Assembly (NCBI GenBank): GCA_964594235.1 | Contig: CAZQMF010000001.1 | Span: 22,509 to 86,508 of the forward strand | Source of the DNA: an uncultured Acidimicrobiia bacterium | Lineage (GTDB): Bacteria > Actinomycetota > Acidimicrobiia > Spongiisociales > UBA4744 | Length of the DNA: 64,000 nucleotides | Direction of reading: 5' to 3' | Shown: positions 18,623 through 26,601 of the stretch, piece after piece | Layout: the number at the start of each line of letters is the position of its first letter | How positions within the stretch are numbered: position 1 is the first letter of the stretch | Notes under the pieces: model-generated | The model's input: the letters and a program-made list of their open reading frames with translations, nothing else | The model's database searches: none | What the model was told of the DNA's origin: nothing | Translations under genes and position numbers: made by a program

Positions 18623-20251
18623 TCAGGTTGGGAGCCTGGACTCCACCACTGCGGTGATCTCGGCGGCCACAGTGCGACAGATCTCGATGGCGGCGACGCG
18701 TCGCTGCTCCAGGTCGTCGTAGCCGTCCAGCGAGGACAAGTTGACGCGCACGTTCAGTGAGGCTCCTTCGGCCGCTGCGAGAGCGCACAGACCGGCAACG
18801 CCGGCGTCCGTGACGGCGCTTGCGTTCCCTGCGGAAGCCACGTGATGAGCGAGGCGGAGGGTCTCGGCACAGGACTCGAGCACCTCCAGCGGCACAATCG
18901 TTGCGCCGATTGTCGCATCGGTGATTGCTGTGGGCCGATTGGGATCGGCACGAGGAGTACGGAACGCCGTCATCAGCGCATCGAACGACTCGGTATCACG
19001 ATCGACTGCCTGAAGGAACCAATCCTTCAACTCCTGTGCCCTGCTTCCGGTGGCCTCCATCTCGGGAGCACGATTCTTGCCGAAGGTGAGAGCTGCGATC
19101 ATGGACGACAAGGACGCCGAAAGGGCGGCTACGAGTGCAGCCGCGCTTCCCCCGCCGGGGGTGGGGGTGCCCGACGAGAGCGAGTCGGCGAAGTCGAGAA
19201 CCGGCATCGCGACGAGTCCCGATGGGGATCCTCGATAGCGATACTCGATCACCTTCTGGGCAGGATCGAACGGGGTGACATCACTCAGCCCCAGGCTCAT
19301 TGCAGCGATGTGCATGCGTTCTGCCTCGGGAATGCCGGTAGTTGCGCCGCGGGCCCGTAGATAGTGGTCTGCCGCTTCGAGCATCGAGTCCCTCGGCACC
19401 AACCCGACGATCTCACTTCCGGTGACTCGAAGGCCGAGACGTTCCGCCTCTTCGCGGGCGGCGTCGAAGACGGCATGCAGCGGTGTCACCGAGGGGTCGG
19501 TGAGGTTGAACGAGACCTGGGCGCGGCCGTACTCCTCGATGTACCAGCCGACGCCACGAAGCTCGGTGAACTTCCCCGGAACCCGAACGGCGACGCCCGT
19601 CGCGTCTCTCACCGTCCTGCCTTCCTCGTCCTTCTTGACCCCGCCGCTCTCCCGAAGCGCCGCGGCGATCTTGTTGGCGGCAGAACGATCCCGAGTGTTG
19701 AGGTTCACGTTGTAGGCGATGAGGAAGCTGCGTGCGCCGATGGCGGTTGCGCCTGACCGAACGTTGAAGCCTCCGGGGCCGAAGTCGGGTGCATCATGTC
19801 TGTCTGCGAGACCCTCGTACTCGCCGCGCCTGACATCTGCCAGAGAGCGGCGCTCTGGGGAGGATGCCGCCTCGCCGTACAGATAGACGGGGATGGCCAA
19901 CTCGTCACCGACCCTCGCCGAAACCCTGTGTGCAAGGTCGATGCAGTCCTGCATCGTCGCGCTCTCGAGCGGCACAAACGGGCAAACGTCAGTCGCGCCC
20001 ATCCTGGGATGCTCCCCGTGGTGAAGCCGCATGTCGATCAAGCCCGCAGCCCGCTCGATAGCCAGGAACGCTGCCTCCTCGACGGCAGGGATCTCACCGA
20101 CGAATGTGACGACAGTGCGGTTCGTGGTGGACCCTGGATCGACATCCAGCAGTGTGACACCGTCCACCTCGGAGATCGCGGCCGAGATCGCCTCGATCAC
20201 GGCAAGGTCGCGGCCCTCACTGAAGTTGGGTACGCACTCGACGAGCTTCAT
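18623..20251 (-). CDS. Bifunctional glutamate formimidoyltransferase-cyclodeaminase (FTCD-like)
   Basis: ATG 20251 is preceded by AGGAGG. N-terminus MKLVECVPNFSEGRD (formiminotransferase). C-terminal PTPGGGSAAALVAALSASL (cyclodeaminase). Extension to 20422 rejected. Confidence 0.88.
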   Translation of the reverse strand: MKLVECVPNFSEGRDLAVIEAISAAISEVDGVTLLDVDPGSTTNRTVVTFVGEIPAVEEAAFLAIERAAGLIDMRLHHGEHPRMGATDVCPFVPLESATMQDCIDLAHRVSARVGDELAIPVYLYGEAASSPERRSLADVRRGEYEGLADRHDAPDFGPGGFNVRSGATAIGARSFLIAYNVNLNTRDRSAANKIAAALRESGGVKKDEEGRTVRDATGVAVRVPGKFTELRGVGWYIEEYGRAQVSFNLTDPSVTPLHAVFDAAREEAERLGLRVTGSEIVGLVPRDSMLEAADHYLRARGATTGIPEAERMHIAAMSLGLSDVTPFDPAQKVIEYRYRGSPSGLVAMPVLDFADSLSSGTPTPGGGSAAALVAALSASLSSMIAALTFGKNRAPEMEATGSRAQELKDWFLQAVDRDTESFDALMTAFRTPRADPNRPTAITDATIGATIVPLEVLESCAETLRLAHHVASAGNASAVTDAGVAGLCALAAAEGASLNVRVNLSSLDGYDDLEQRRVAAIEICRTVAAEITAVVESRLPT

Positions 20252-20472
20252 CACACCTCCTGGTCGAGGAGTGTCTCGAACGGCTCGCGTCCCAGATAGT
20301 TGGAGACCATCGACTCCTCCCACTCCACATATCGTTCTTCGCACACAACCGAGCAGAACTCCGATCCCCTGCGTCTGGGGGCACCGTCCCACAGGCATGT
20401 CTGATGCAGACGGCGCAACCACGCGGGATCGTGGAGCGGATACCGGCCCAAGGGCTCGAACGCGGCTTCCAT
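20251..20472 (-). CDS. Small Cys/His-containing hypothetical protein (TRASH-like FCSxxC motif)
   Basis: 73-aa ORF with GC-rich third codon positions. GGAG lies upstream of the ATG. Its stop overlaps the FTCD start (TGATG). Motif HQTC...FCSVVCEERY. Confidence 0.45.
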   Translation of the reverse strand: MEAAFEPLGRYPLHDPAWLRRLHQTCLWDGAPRRRGSEFCSVVCEERYVEWEESMVSNYLGREPFETLLDQEV

Positions 20473-20583
20473 CTTCTCCTCACTGCTCGCCTCAAGGGTA
20501 GAGGGGTCGATGGGTGTTGCGGAAGGTGAAGGACTTCAGAGTCGGGGGAATGAGGCCGATGTCACAGATCAGTGGAACATGGG

Positions 20584-20751
20584 ATGACATTCAAGTGCAC
20601 GCAGTGTCGCGCCGCACCTGCGGTGGTGAAAAAGGGGCGCAAGACGTTCCTCTGCGCCCGTTGTGCGACAGACCTCATGTGGCACGACATCGTTGGCGGG
20701 GTTTCGGACGCGTTCGTCGAGGATGAGACACCGGAGGTCGGGTCCGTATAA
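20584..20751 (+). CDS. Zinc-ribbon small protein (55 aa, absent from the ORF track)
   Basis: Own translation: MTFKCTQCRAAPAVVKKGRKTFLCARCATDLMWHDIVGGVSDAFVEDETPEVGSV. CxxC-x17-CxxC pattern, G/C-biased third positions, ends 9 nt before the next ORF. Confidence 0.4.
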   Translation: MTFKCTQCRAAPAVVKKGRKTFLCARCATDLMWHDIVGGVSDAFVEDETPEVGSV

Positions 20752-20760
20752 CCTTCAAGC

Positions 20761-21084
20761 GTGTATCGACGAACCGGCACCGTCATCCTGCTCTTCGGAG
20801 TCCTTCTCACCCTGCTGTTGCTCTGGTTGCCGGTTCGCTACTTCACCGGGTACTCGATCGGAAAGGACCAGGTCAGCAAGATCTACGTGCCATGTGGATC
20901 GACGATCGGGATTCTGACCGACCGGTTCGACCCTGCCGTCGAGAGGCCGGGAGAGCGGAGCGAATGCACCAAACGGGCTCGGGGCCGCGTCGTCTACCTC
21001 GTGGTGTTCGTGGGGCCGCTCCTGGTTATTGGAGGGTACGGATTCATTCGCGGGCCGTATCCAAACCTGCCTCTGCGCGACTAG
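20761..21084 (+). CDS. Hypothetical membrane protein (2 TM)
   Basis: 107-aa ORF with GTG start. Hydrophobic segments VILLFGVLLTLLLLWL and VVYLVVFVGPLLVIGGYGF. Confidence 0.5.
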   Translation: MYRRTGTVILLFGVLLTLLLLWLPVRYFTGYSIGKDQVSKIYVPCGSTIGILTDRFDPAVERPGERSECTKRARGRVVYLVVFVGPLLVIGGYGFIRGPYPNLPLRD

Positions 21085-21179
21085 GTCGCCAAACGAGACG
21101 TGACGGTAGCCACCAGCCTCCAGCCGCCAGTGTCCACCACGCGGCCCGAACTAGTGCGAGACACCGACTGCGCTCCGCT

Positions 21180-22082
21180 CTAGGCCTCGGCTCTGGAGGC
21201 GAGGAAGGCTCCGCCCAGCACCATGGCTGTGCCGGCGATGGACAGACTCGCAACATGCTCGCCGTGCAGGAGAACGCCGAGAAGAATCGCGACGATGGGC
21301 AGGAAGTAGATGGCTATCGAGGCTCTTGTCGCGCCTACCCGTCCTGCGAGCACGGACATCGCGAGCTGTGCAACGCCGGTGCCGAACACGCCGAGTGCTG
21401 CGACCGCAGCGAACGAGCCCCATCCGAATGTGATCCCCGAGAGCTGAGTGAGGCCGATCGGAGCGACGATCACGATGGCGGCCAGTTGGGCCCTGAACAC
21501 GACAGGGAAGGCGCCGTACCGCTGCTGGAGTGGCACCGCCAGGTTGACGGCAAGCCCGTAGGAGATCGTCGCGGCCAGCACGATCAGTGTGCCGTGCACG
21601 ACCGAGGCATCGCCTTCGACCGAGGGGAGGCTGATTGCCACGATGCCCGTGAGACCGAGTAGCAGCCCCACCATCTGGGGCCGGCCCGGTGTCCTTCGAA
21701 GCAAGAAAGCTGCAATGACCGCCGAGAAGATCGGCATGGAACCGTTCAACATCCCAGCCAGCGAAGAGGAGATCCACTGCTCGGCGATCGGAAACATCAA
21801 CATGGGGAATGCCATCCACACCAGACCCAGGAGTGCAACTCGAGGTAAGTCGGCTCGGTCGACGCGGCGCCGTGACGCGGGAACGAGTGCGAGGGTTGCA
21901 GCGCCGATCAGGAGACGCAACGAGGTGACCACCGGGGGCGGGAACGCCTCCAGACCGAGGGCGATCAGCAGGAACGATGATCCCCAAATGAGTGAGATGC
22001 CGGCCAGGAGGCCCCAGTCGGTGAGGGAGTAGGCGGCAAGCCTCGTGCCGGGAGCGGTAGTGAGAAAGGTCGGTCGCCGCAT
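21180..22082 (-). CDS. EamA/DMT-family transporter
   Basis: 300-aa, roughly 10-TM ORF. Duplicated EamA-like halves (LLAGISLIWGSSFLLI...). Confidence 0.85.
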   Translation of the reverse strand: MRRPTFLTTAPGTRLAAYSLTDWGLLAGISLIWGSSFLLIALGLEAFPPPVVTSLRLLIGAATLALVPASRRRVDRADLPRVALLGLVWMAFPMLMFPIAEQWISSSLAGMLNGSMPIFSAVIAAFLLRRTPGRPQMVGLLLGLTGIVAISLPSVEGDASVVHGTLIVLAATISYGLAVNLAVPLQQRYGAFPVVFRAQLAAIVIVAPIGLTQLSGITFGWGSFAAVAALGVFGTGVAQLAMSVLAGRVGATRASIAIYFLPIVAILLGVLLHGEHVASLSIAGTAMVLGGAFLASRAEA

Positions 22083-22106
22083 CGACGGGAGAGTAGCTGT
22101 CGAGGG

Positions 22107-23336
22107 TCAGTACTCGGGGGTGTTCTGCGCCCCCCACACGACCGTGAACGTGAGGTAGACGGCAAACAGCACGATCAGGATCGGACCGATCCGAACGATC
22201 TTCAGCAGACCGATCCGGTCGGCGAGCGCCGTGCCGAACAGCGCTCCGAACGGCACCGTACTCCACGCCAGGCTTCGGGCCGCAGCGCTGACTCGGCCGA
22301 GGAGGTGCGGCGGTGTATAGAGCTGGCGCATGGTCAGAAGACTCACGTTGGTCCACACGAGGCCGGTGAAAGCGACCGCGAGCACGCTGGTCACGATGAG
22401 GAGTCTCGTCGACCACGTGAGACCGAAGATGCCGATGCCGAGCACGGCGAACCCCAGCACGTAGCTGCGTCCGAGACCGACGAAGTCGATGAGTTTCGAC
22501 GCGCTGATGGCGCCAATGATCCCGCCGGCACCCATTCCGACGAAGAAGACCCCGAGTTTGGCCGGGTCGTTGGTGCCCAGTATCTGGGCCCCGATGAGAA
22601 CGAGGGTGGCTTCGATGAAGCCGCCCGTGATGAAGTTGGCGAGTCCGCCTCCAAGCGTCGTGAGGCGAATCCGGGGTTCGTGCCACACGTGCTGCCAGCC
22701 CTCTTTGAGCGCCTGCAGGAAGTGACCTTTCGTCTCGAGCTTTCGTGGCGGAACCCGAGCCAGCAGTGTGAAGGATGCCGTCGACACGAGGAACGTCAGG
22801 CCGTTGAACGCGAATGCCGATGGGAACCCGGCCTGCTTGATGATGAATCCGCCGATCAGCGGCCCAATGAGAAACGCCGCCTGCTGGGAGAGCGACAGTC
22901 GACTGTTCGCCCGGGCCAGGGATGTGCCCGCAGCGAGGGAAGGGATGAACGCTTGCAGCGATGCGTTGAACGACGCGGCGAGGCTCCCCGAGATGAAGGC
23001 AAGTGCGAACAGGCCCAGCGGCGTGATCTCTGAGGTGCGCGAGATGATTGCAAGCACGATGAACGCCGCGGCCCGGAGGAATTCGTTGAGAACGAGCAGC
23101 GGTCGCAGTCGGTACCGGTCGAGGAGCGTGCCACCGAGGAATCCGAAGATGAGGGTCGGAATGTTTTCCGCAGCAGACAGAAGCCCGAAGTCGAATGCGC
23201 GTACGGTCATGGACGTGAGGAAGTAGGGAACGGTGAAGTAGGCGACGTAGTCGCCCAGGAGGGAGATCGACTGTCCGACCCATACGACAGAAAAGTTGCG
23301 GAGGGGGCGCGCGCGTCGATGGGTGCCGTGGCTCAC
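22107..23336 (-). CDS. MFS transporter
   Basis: 409-aa multi-TM ORF. N-terminus FSVVWVGQSISLLGDYVAYF and GGTLLDRYRLRPLL loop. Confidence 0.85.
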   Translation of the reverse strand: MSHGTHRRARPLRNFSVVWVGQSISLLGDYVAYFTVPYFLTSMTVRAFDFGLLSAAENIPTLIFGFLGGTLLDRYRLRPLLVLNEFLRAAAFIVLAIISRTSEITPLGLFALAFISGSLAASFNASLQAFIPSLAAGTSLARANSRLSLSQQAAFLIGPLIGGFIIKQAGFPSAFAFNGLTFLVSTASFTLLARVPPRKLETKGHFLQALKEGWQHVWHEPRIRLTTLGGGLANFITGGFIEATLVLIGAQILGTNDPAKLGVFFVGMGAGGIIGAISASKLIDFVGLGRSYVLGFAVLGIGIFGLTWSTRLLIVTSVLAVAFTGLVWTNVSLLTMRQLYTPPHLLGRVSAAARSLAWSTVPFGALFGTALADRIGLLKIVRIGPILIVLFAVYLTFTVVWGAQNTPEY

Positions 23337-23433
23337 GGCCGGTAGCCTAGCCGTGTACTGGCAAGGATTTCATAAGGCCTCATCGAGTCAAATTCGCAGA
23401 TGTGTTCTGCGCTCGGGTAGCCTCCACAGTGTC

Positions 23434-23727
23434 ATGGGTGATCTACGCGAGTTGCCGGAGCAGGTCAGTGAGCTGATCGATCTCTCCAAGGAGTACCTGC
23501 GTCAGGAGACCATCGAGCCGGCAAAGAAGCTTGGGCGCGTATTCGGCATGGGGTTCGCGGCATCGCTCCTGTTCTCGATCGGTGCGTTGCTCCTGTCGGT
23601 TGCCGGCATGCGGATTCTGGTTCGAGTACTCCCGGAAGGGGATCTGTGGAGCGCGCTGGGCGTGTTCATCTCATTTGTCGTGCTTGCCGGCGTGGCCGGC
23701 CTGATCATGTGGAGGGCGAGTCGCTGA
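23434..23727 (+). CDS. Small membrane protein (holin-X/DUF1469-like)
   Basis: 97 aa from ATG 23434. Amphipathic N-terminus plus two TM segments (FGMGFAASLLFSIGALLLSVAG; ALGVFISFVVLAGVAGLIMW). Family call is from recollection only. Confidence 0.55.
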   Translation: MGDLRELPEQVSELIDLSKEYLRQETIEPAKKLGRVFGMGFAASLLFSIGALLLSVAGMRILVRVLPEGDLWSALGVFISFVVLAGVAGLIMWRASR

Positions 23728-23918
23728 TGGTGGAACGAGCCGACATCGAAGCCAAAGCACGTGAGATCGAACAGTCGCTCATGGAAACGAAGGAGAGCGT
23801 CCAGGACAAGAGCGTGCTGATCGCACTCGCCGTGATAGCGATCGTCGGTATCGCATTCTTGATCGGAAGGCGTCGCGGCAAACAGGCCAGGGCAGTTGTG
23901 AAGGTCTACCGGTCCTGA
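23727..23918 (+). CDS. Small single-TM protein (DUF3618-like)
   Basis: 63 aa. TGATG overlap with the previous ORF. Charged N-terminus then VLIALAVIAIVGIAFLIGRRRG. Confidence 0.5.
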   Translation: MVERADIEAKAREIEQSLMETKESVQDKSVLIALAVIAIVGIAFLIGRRRGKQARAVVKVYRS

Positions 23919-24100
23919 CCTTCGAACCCGATGCGGATCGTATCACCGGGCTTCAGGCGCCGCTGATAGACGGCCCGAGAGGGTCGGGGTTTGCGGAGGA
24001 ACCCGAACGCCAGTAGGGCCGCACCGACCAGCATGAGCTTCGCGTCACCTGTCCGCAGGCCCCGAAACAGACTCTTCACTCCGGATCCGCCGAGCTGCAT
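23906..24100 (-). CDS. Small hypothetical membrane protein
   Basis: 64 aa from internal ATG 24100: MQLGGSGVKSLFRGLRTGDAKLMLVGAALLAFGFLRK... G/C-biased third positions, no SD. The upstream part of the 161-aa track ORF looks non-coding. Confidence 0.35.
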   Translation of the reverse strand: MQLGGSGVKSLFRGLRTGDAKLMLVGAALLAFGFLRKPRPSRAVYQRRLKPGDTIRIGFEGQDR

Positions 24101-24136
24101 GTGACCAGGGTAGCCGTGGGTCGAGCTTCGCTCGAC

Positions 24137-24166
24137 GTTGTGGGTTCTCGAGTTGTGAGTTCTGAG
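24137..24166. promoter_or_regulatory. Tandem 15-nt direct repeat in divergent intergenic region
   Basis: GTTGTGGGTTCTCGA / GTTGTGAGTTCTGAG (core GTTGTGrGTTCT, 11/12 identical). Immediately follows hairpin GTCGAGC-TTC-GCTCGAC (24120-24136). Confidence 0.3.
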
Positions 24167-24370
24167 CCACTCGCCCAGAGGTCTCTCGATGTCGAATCCC
24201 GCGTTCCAACCGACACCCCGAATACCCGGAACGCAGAACTGGCGGCCGAAGCCCGGCCCTAAAGTACCTGCCATGCGCAACGAAACGATGAAGAAGGTCA
24301 TCATCTGGGTCATCGTGCTCGGAATGGTGCTGTCTCTCGCCCTCGGCGTCGTAGCCCTGGTCTTCTCGTC

Positions 24371-24565
24371 ATGAACGTCATTCTTCGGCATCCCAGGCGA
24401 GAGGTGACGATCGATGCCCCCATCAGTGTCGCCCGGATGCTGAAGGCACTGGATGTCGTCCCGGAAACGGTGCTGGTCATTCGAGGATCAGACCTTCTGA
24501 CCCGAGACGCAATGCTCGAACCCGACGATACGGTCGAGGTGCGTCCCGTGATCTCGGGGGGCTGA
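24371..24565 (+). CDS. ThiS/MoaD-family ubiquitin-like sulfur-carrier protein (C-terminal Gly-Gly; TtuB-like)
   Basis: 64-aa ORF ending ...VEVRPVISGG-stop. TGATG overlap with the downstream PP-loop thiolase. Confidence 0.75.
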   Translation: MNVILRHPRREVTIDAPISVARMLKALDVVPETVLVIRGSDLLTRDAMLEPDDTVEVRPVISGG

Positions 24566-25452
24566 TGCGCTGCCGGGTTTGCAGGGAGAGGGCAGCGGTC
24601 GAGGTGCGACGTCACAACGCCGCGTTCTGCCGGGTCCACTTCATCGATCATGTGGTGCGACAGGTGGAGCGCACCATCCACGACTTCGACATGTTTGATC
24701 GCTCAGATCGCCTGGTCATCGGCGTGTCGGGTGGGAAGGACAGCCTGGCGCTTTGGGATGTCCTGCACCGGCTCGGCTATCGCTGTGAGGGCATCTACCT
24801 CGAGCTGGGCATCGATGGCTACTCGACCGAGAGCCGCGAGTACATCGAGCGCTTTGCGAAGGAGCGAGACCTGATCCTCCGGGTCGTCGACCTCCATGAC
24901 GAGTACGGCTTCACGATTCCGCAGGCGGCTGAATCGACGCGACGGAATCCGTGCTCTGCGTGTGGCTTGTCCAAGCGCTACATCCTCAACGAGGAGGCCC
25001 TGAAGGGCGGCTATGACACCCTCGTGATGGGCCACAACCTGGACGACGAGGCGGCGACCTTGTTCTCCAACGTGCTCAACTGGAACATCGAGTACCTCGC
25101 CAGACAAGGGGCGGCTCTTCCAGGCTCCGATGGTCTGATCAAGAAGGTGAAACCCCTCGTCCGCGTGGCTGAGCGGGAAACGGCAGCATATGCCGTCCTT
25201 TCAGGCATCGACTACGAAGTCGACGAGTGCCCGCTGGTTGGCGGCAACACCGTCAACCGGATGAAAGAGTGGATGGCGCTACTCGAACACCGATCCCCGG
25301 GCGTCACCCGGCGCTTTCTTGGTGGCTTCTACAACGTCGACAGCTTCCACGCTCCGGCAGCGGTCCTGCGATCGTGCGAGTCGTGCGGGCGACCCACCAC
25401 GGGTACGACCTGCGCCTTCTGCAGACTGCAAGAGCGAGCGACTCGACAATGA
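24565..25452 (+). CDS. ttuA: TtuA/NcsA-type tRNA 2-thiolation PP-loop ATPase
   Basis: PP-loop SGGKDS. N-terminal CRVC...CRVH and C-terminal CESC...CAFC zinc fingers. Fe-S cysteines PCSACG and DECP. Confidence 0.82.
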   Translation: MRCRVCRERAAVEVRRHNAAFCRVHFIDHVVRQVERTIHDFDMFDRSDRLVIGVSGGKDSLALWDVLHRLGYRCEGIYLELGIDGYSTESREYIERFAKERDLILRVVDLHDEYGFTIPQAAESTRRNPCSACGLSKRYILNEEALKGGYDTLVMGHNLDDEAATLFSNVLNWNIEYLARQGAALPGSDGLIKKVKPLVRVAERETAAYAVLSGIDYEVDECPLVGGNTVNRMKEWMALLEHRSPGVTRRFLGGFYNVDSFHAPAAVLRSCESCGRPTTGTTCAFCRLQERATRQ

Positions 25453-26219
25453 CCTTCACTTCGGGTGATCACTGTCTTCTGGTGGACCTCCGGGGACGCA
25501 GGTATCTGGTCACGCTCAGAGACGGGGGTGAGTTCCATTCCCATCTCGGCGCCTTGTCACACGACGCGTTGATCGGCGCGCAGGAGGGAACTCTGGTTGC
25601 CACCACCAGCGGCAGCCGCCTGCTGGCGATTCGTCCCCGCTACGTCGACTATGTCCTCAAGATGCGACGCGGAGCTCAGGTCGTATATCCGAAGGATGTC
25701 GGGCCCATCCTCGTCTACGGGGATATCGGCCCGGGTGAAACGGTGCTCGAAGCCGGCACCGGATCAGGAGCTCTCACGATCGCCCTCGTCAGGGCCGTGG
25801 GCACCGAGGGGAAGGTGATCAGTATCGAAGGACGCGAGGACCACGCCGCGCATGCTCGCAAGATCATCGAGGCGTTCTTCGGGGCGATCCCGACCAACCT
25901 GGACCTGCGCATCGGCACAATCGAAGACCTCGGGGCGTCCGTGTCTCCGACTCGAATCGTGCTCGACCTCCCCGAACCCTGGCATGTGGCCGAGGCCGGT
26001 GGCGGTCTGCAGCCCGGTGGTGTGTTCGTCGCCTACCTACCGACCGTGCCGCAAGTGCAGACGTTGGTTGAGACGATGCGAGCAACAAGGGCCTACCAGA
26101 TGATCGAGACGTTCGAGACCCTGCATCGGTCGTGGAATGTCGAAGGCAGGTCGGTTCGTCCGGATCACCGTATGGTCGGCCACACGGGGTTCATCGTCGT
26201 CGGTCGTCGGACACAGTGA
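25449..26219 (+). CDS. trmI: tRNA (adenine58-N1)-methyltransferase
   Basis: ATGA overlap with ttuA. GCD14/TrmI architecture with SAM motif VLEAGTGSGALT and C-terminal HTGFIVVGR. Confidence 0.85.
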   Translation: MTFTSGDHCLLVDLRGRRYLVTLRDGGEFHSHLGALSHDALIGAQEGTLVATTSGSRLLAIRPRYVDYVLKMRRGAQVVYPKDVGPILVYGDIGPGETVLEAGTGSGALTIALVRAVGTEGKVISIEGREDHAAHARKIIEAFFGAIPTNLDLRIGTIEDLGASVSPTRIVLDLPEPWHVAEAGGGLQPGGVFVAYLPTVPQVQTLVETMRATRAYQMIETFETLHRSWNVEGRSVRPDHRMVGHTGFIVVGRRTQ

Positions 26220-26256
26220 GAGAGATCCGGTCGGGTCCCCCTCGATCGAACGATCG

Positions 26257-26502
26257 CTACGGCTCGATGAAGATGCACTCGCCCGGGCACTCCTCGGCCG
26301 ACTCGATCACCATCTCTTCTTGCCCGTCTGGTACAACGGCAAGACCTTGAGCCCCTTCGGGGTTGCCCTCAGACGCGGCAAAAATCTTGTCGCCTTCTTT
26401 GACGTAGGCCAGACCGTCGTCCAGTAGGACGAACACATCGGGTGCGATCTCCTCACAGAGGCCATCGCCCGTGCAGAGATCCTGGTCGATCCAAACCTTC
26501 AT
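26257..26502 (-). CDS. Single-cluster ferredoxin
   Basis: 81 aa. CTGDGLC...ECPGECI (CxxDxxC...CP pattern). Confidence 0.85.
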   Translation of the reverse strand: MKVWIDQDLCTGDGLCEEIAPDVFVLLDDGLAYVKEGDKIFAASEGNPEGAQGLAVVPDGQEEMVIESAEECPGECIFIEP

Positions 26503-26585
26503 GTGCGGAAGTCTCCTTCGTGGACAGAGGCATGATACCCGGGTTCAGAGTTGCTGCGACTTCACCGCCAAGTGGGGGCCGGTCG

Positions 26586-26591
26586 TATACT
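26586..26591 (+). promoter_or_regulatory. Candidate -10 hexamer upstream of arc
   Basis: TATACT lies 10 nt upstream of ATG 26602, implying a very short leader. No convincing -35. Confidence 0.25.
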
Positions 26592-26601
26592 GCGCGAGGT
26601 C

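Noticed and set aside
20473-20583. Possible folate/ZTP-type riboswitch upstream of the FTCD unit
   Set aside because: The reverse-complement of the spacer lacks the conserved ZTP (GGGTCGTGACTGGCG...CCGCCTGGGC) or THF-like cores as I remember them.
21151-23283. 710-aa minus-strand ORF overlapping the EamA and MFS transporter genes
   Set aside because: It is in a different frame from two convincing multi-TM transporters. The translation is Arg/His/Pro-rich, so it is a shadow ORF.
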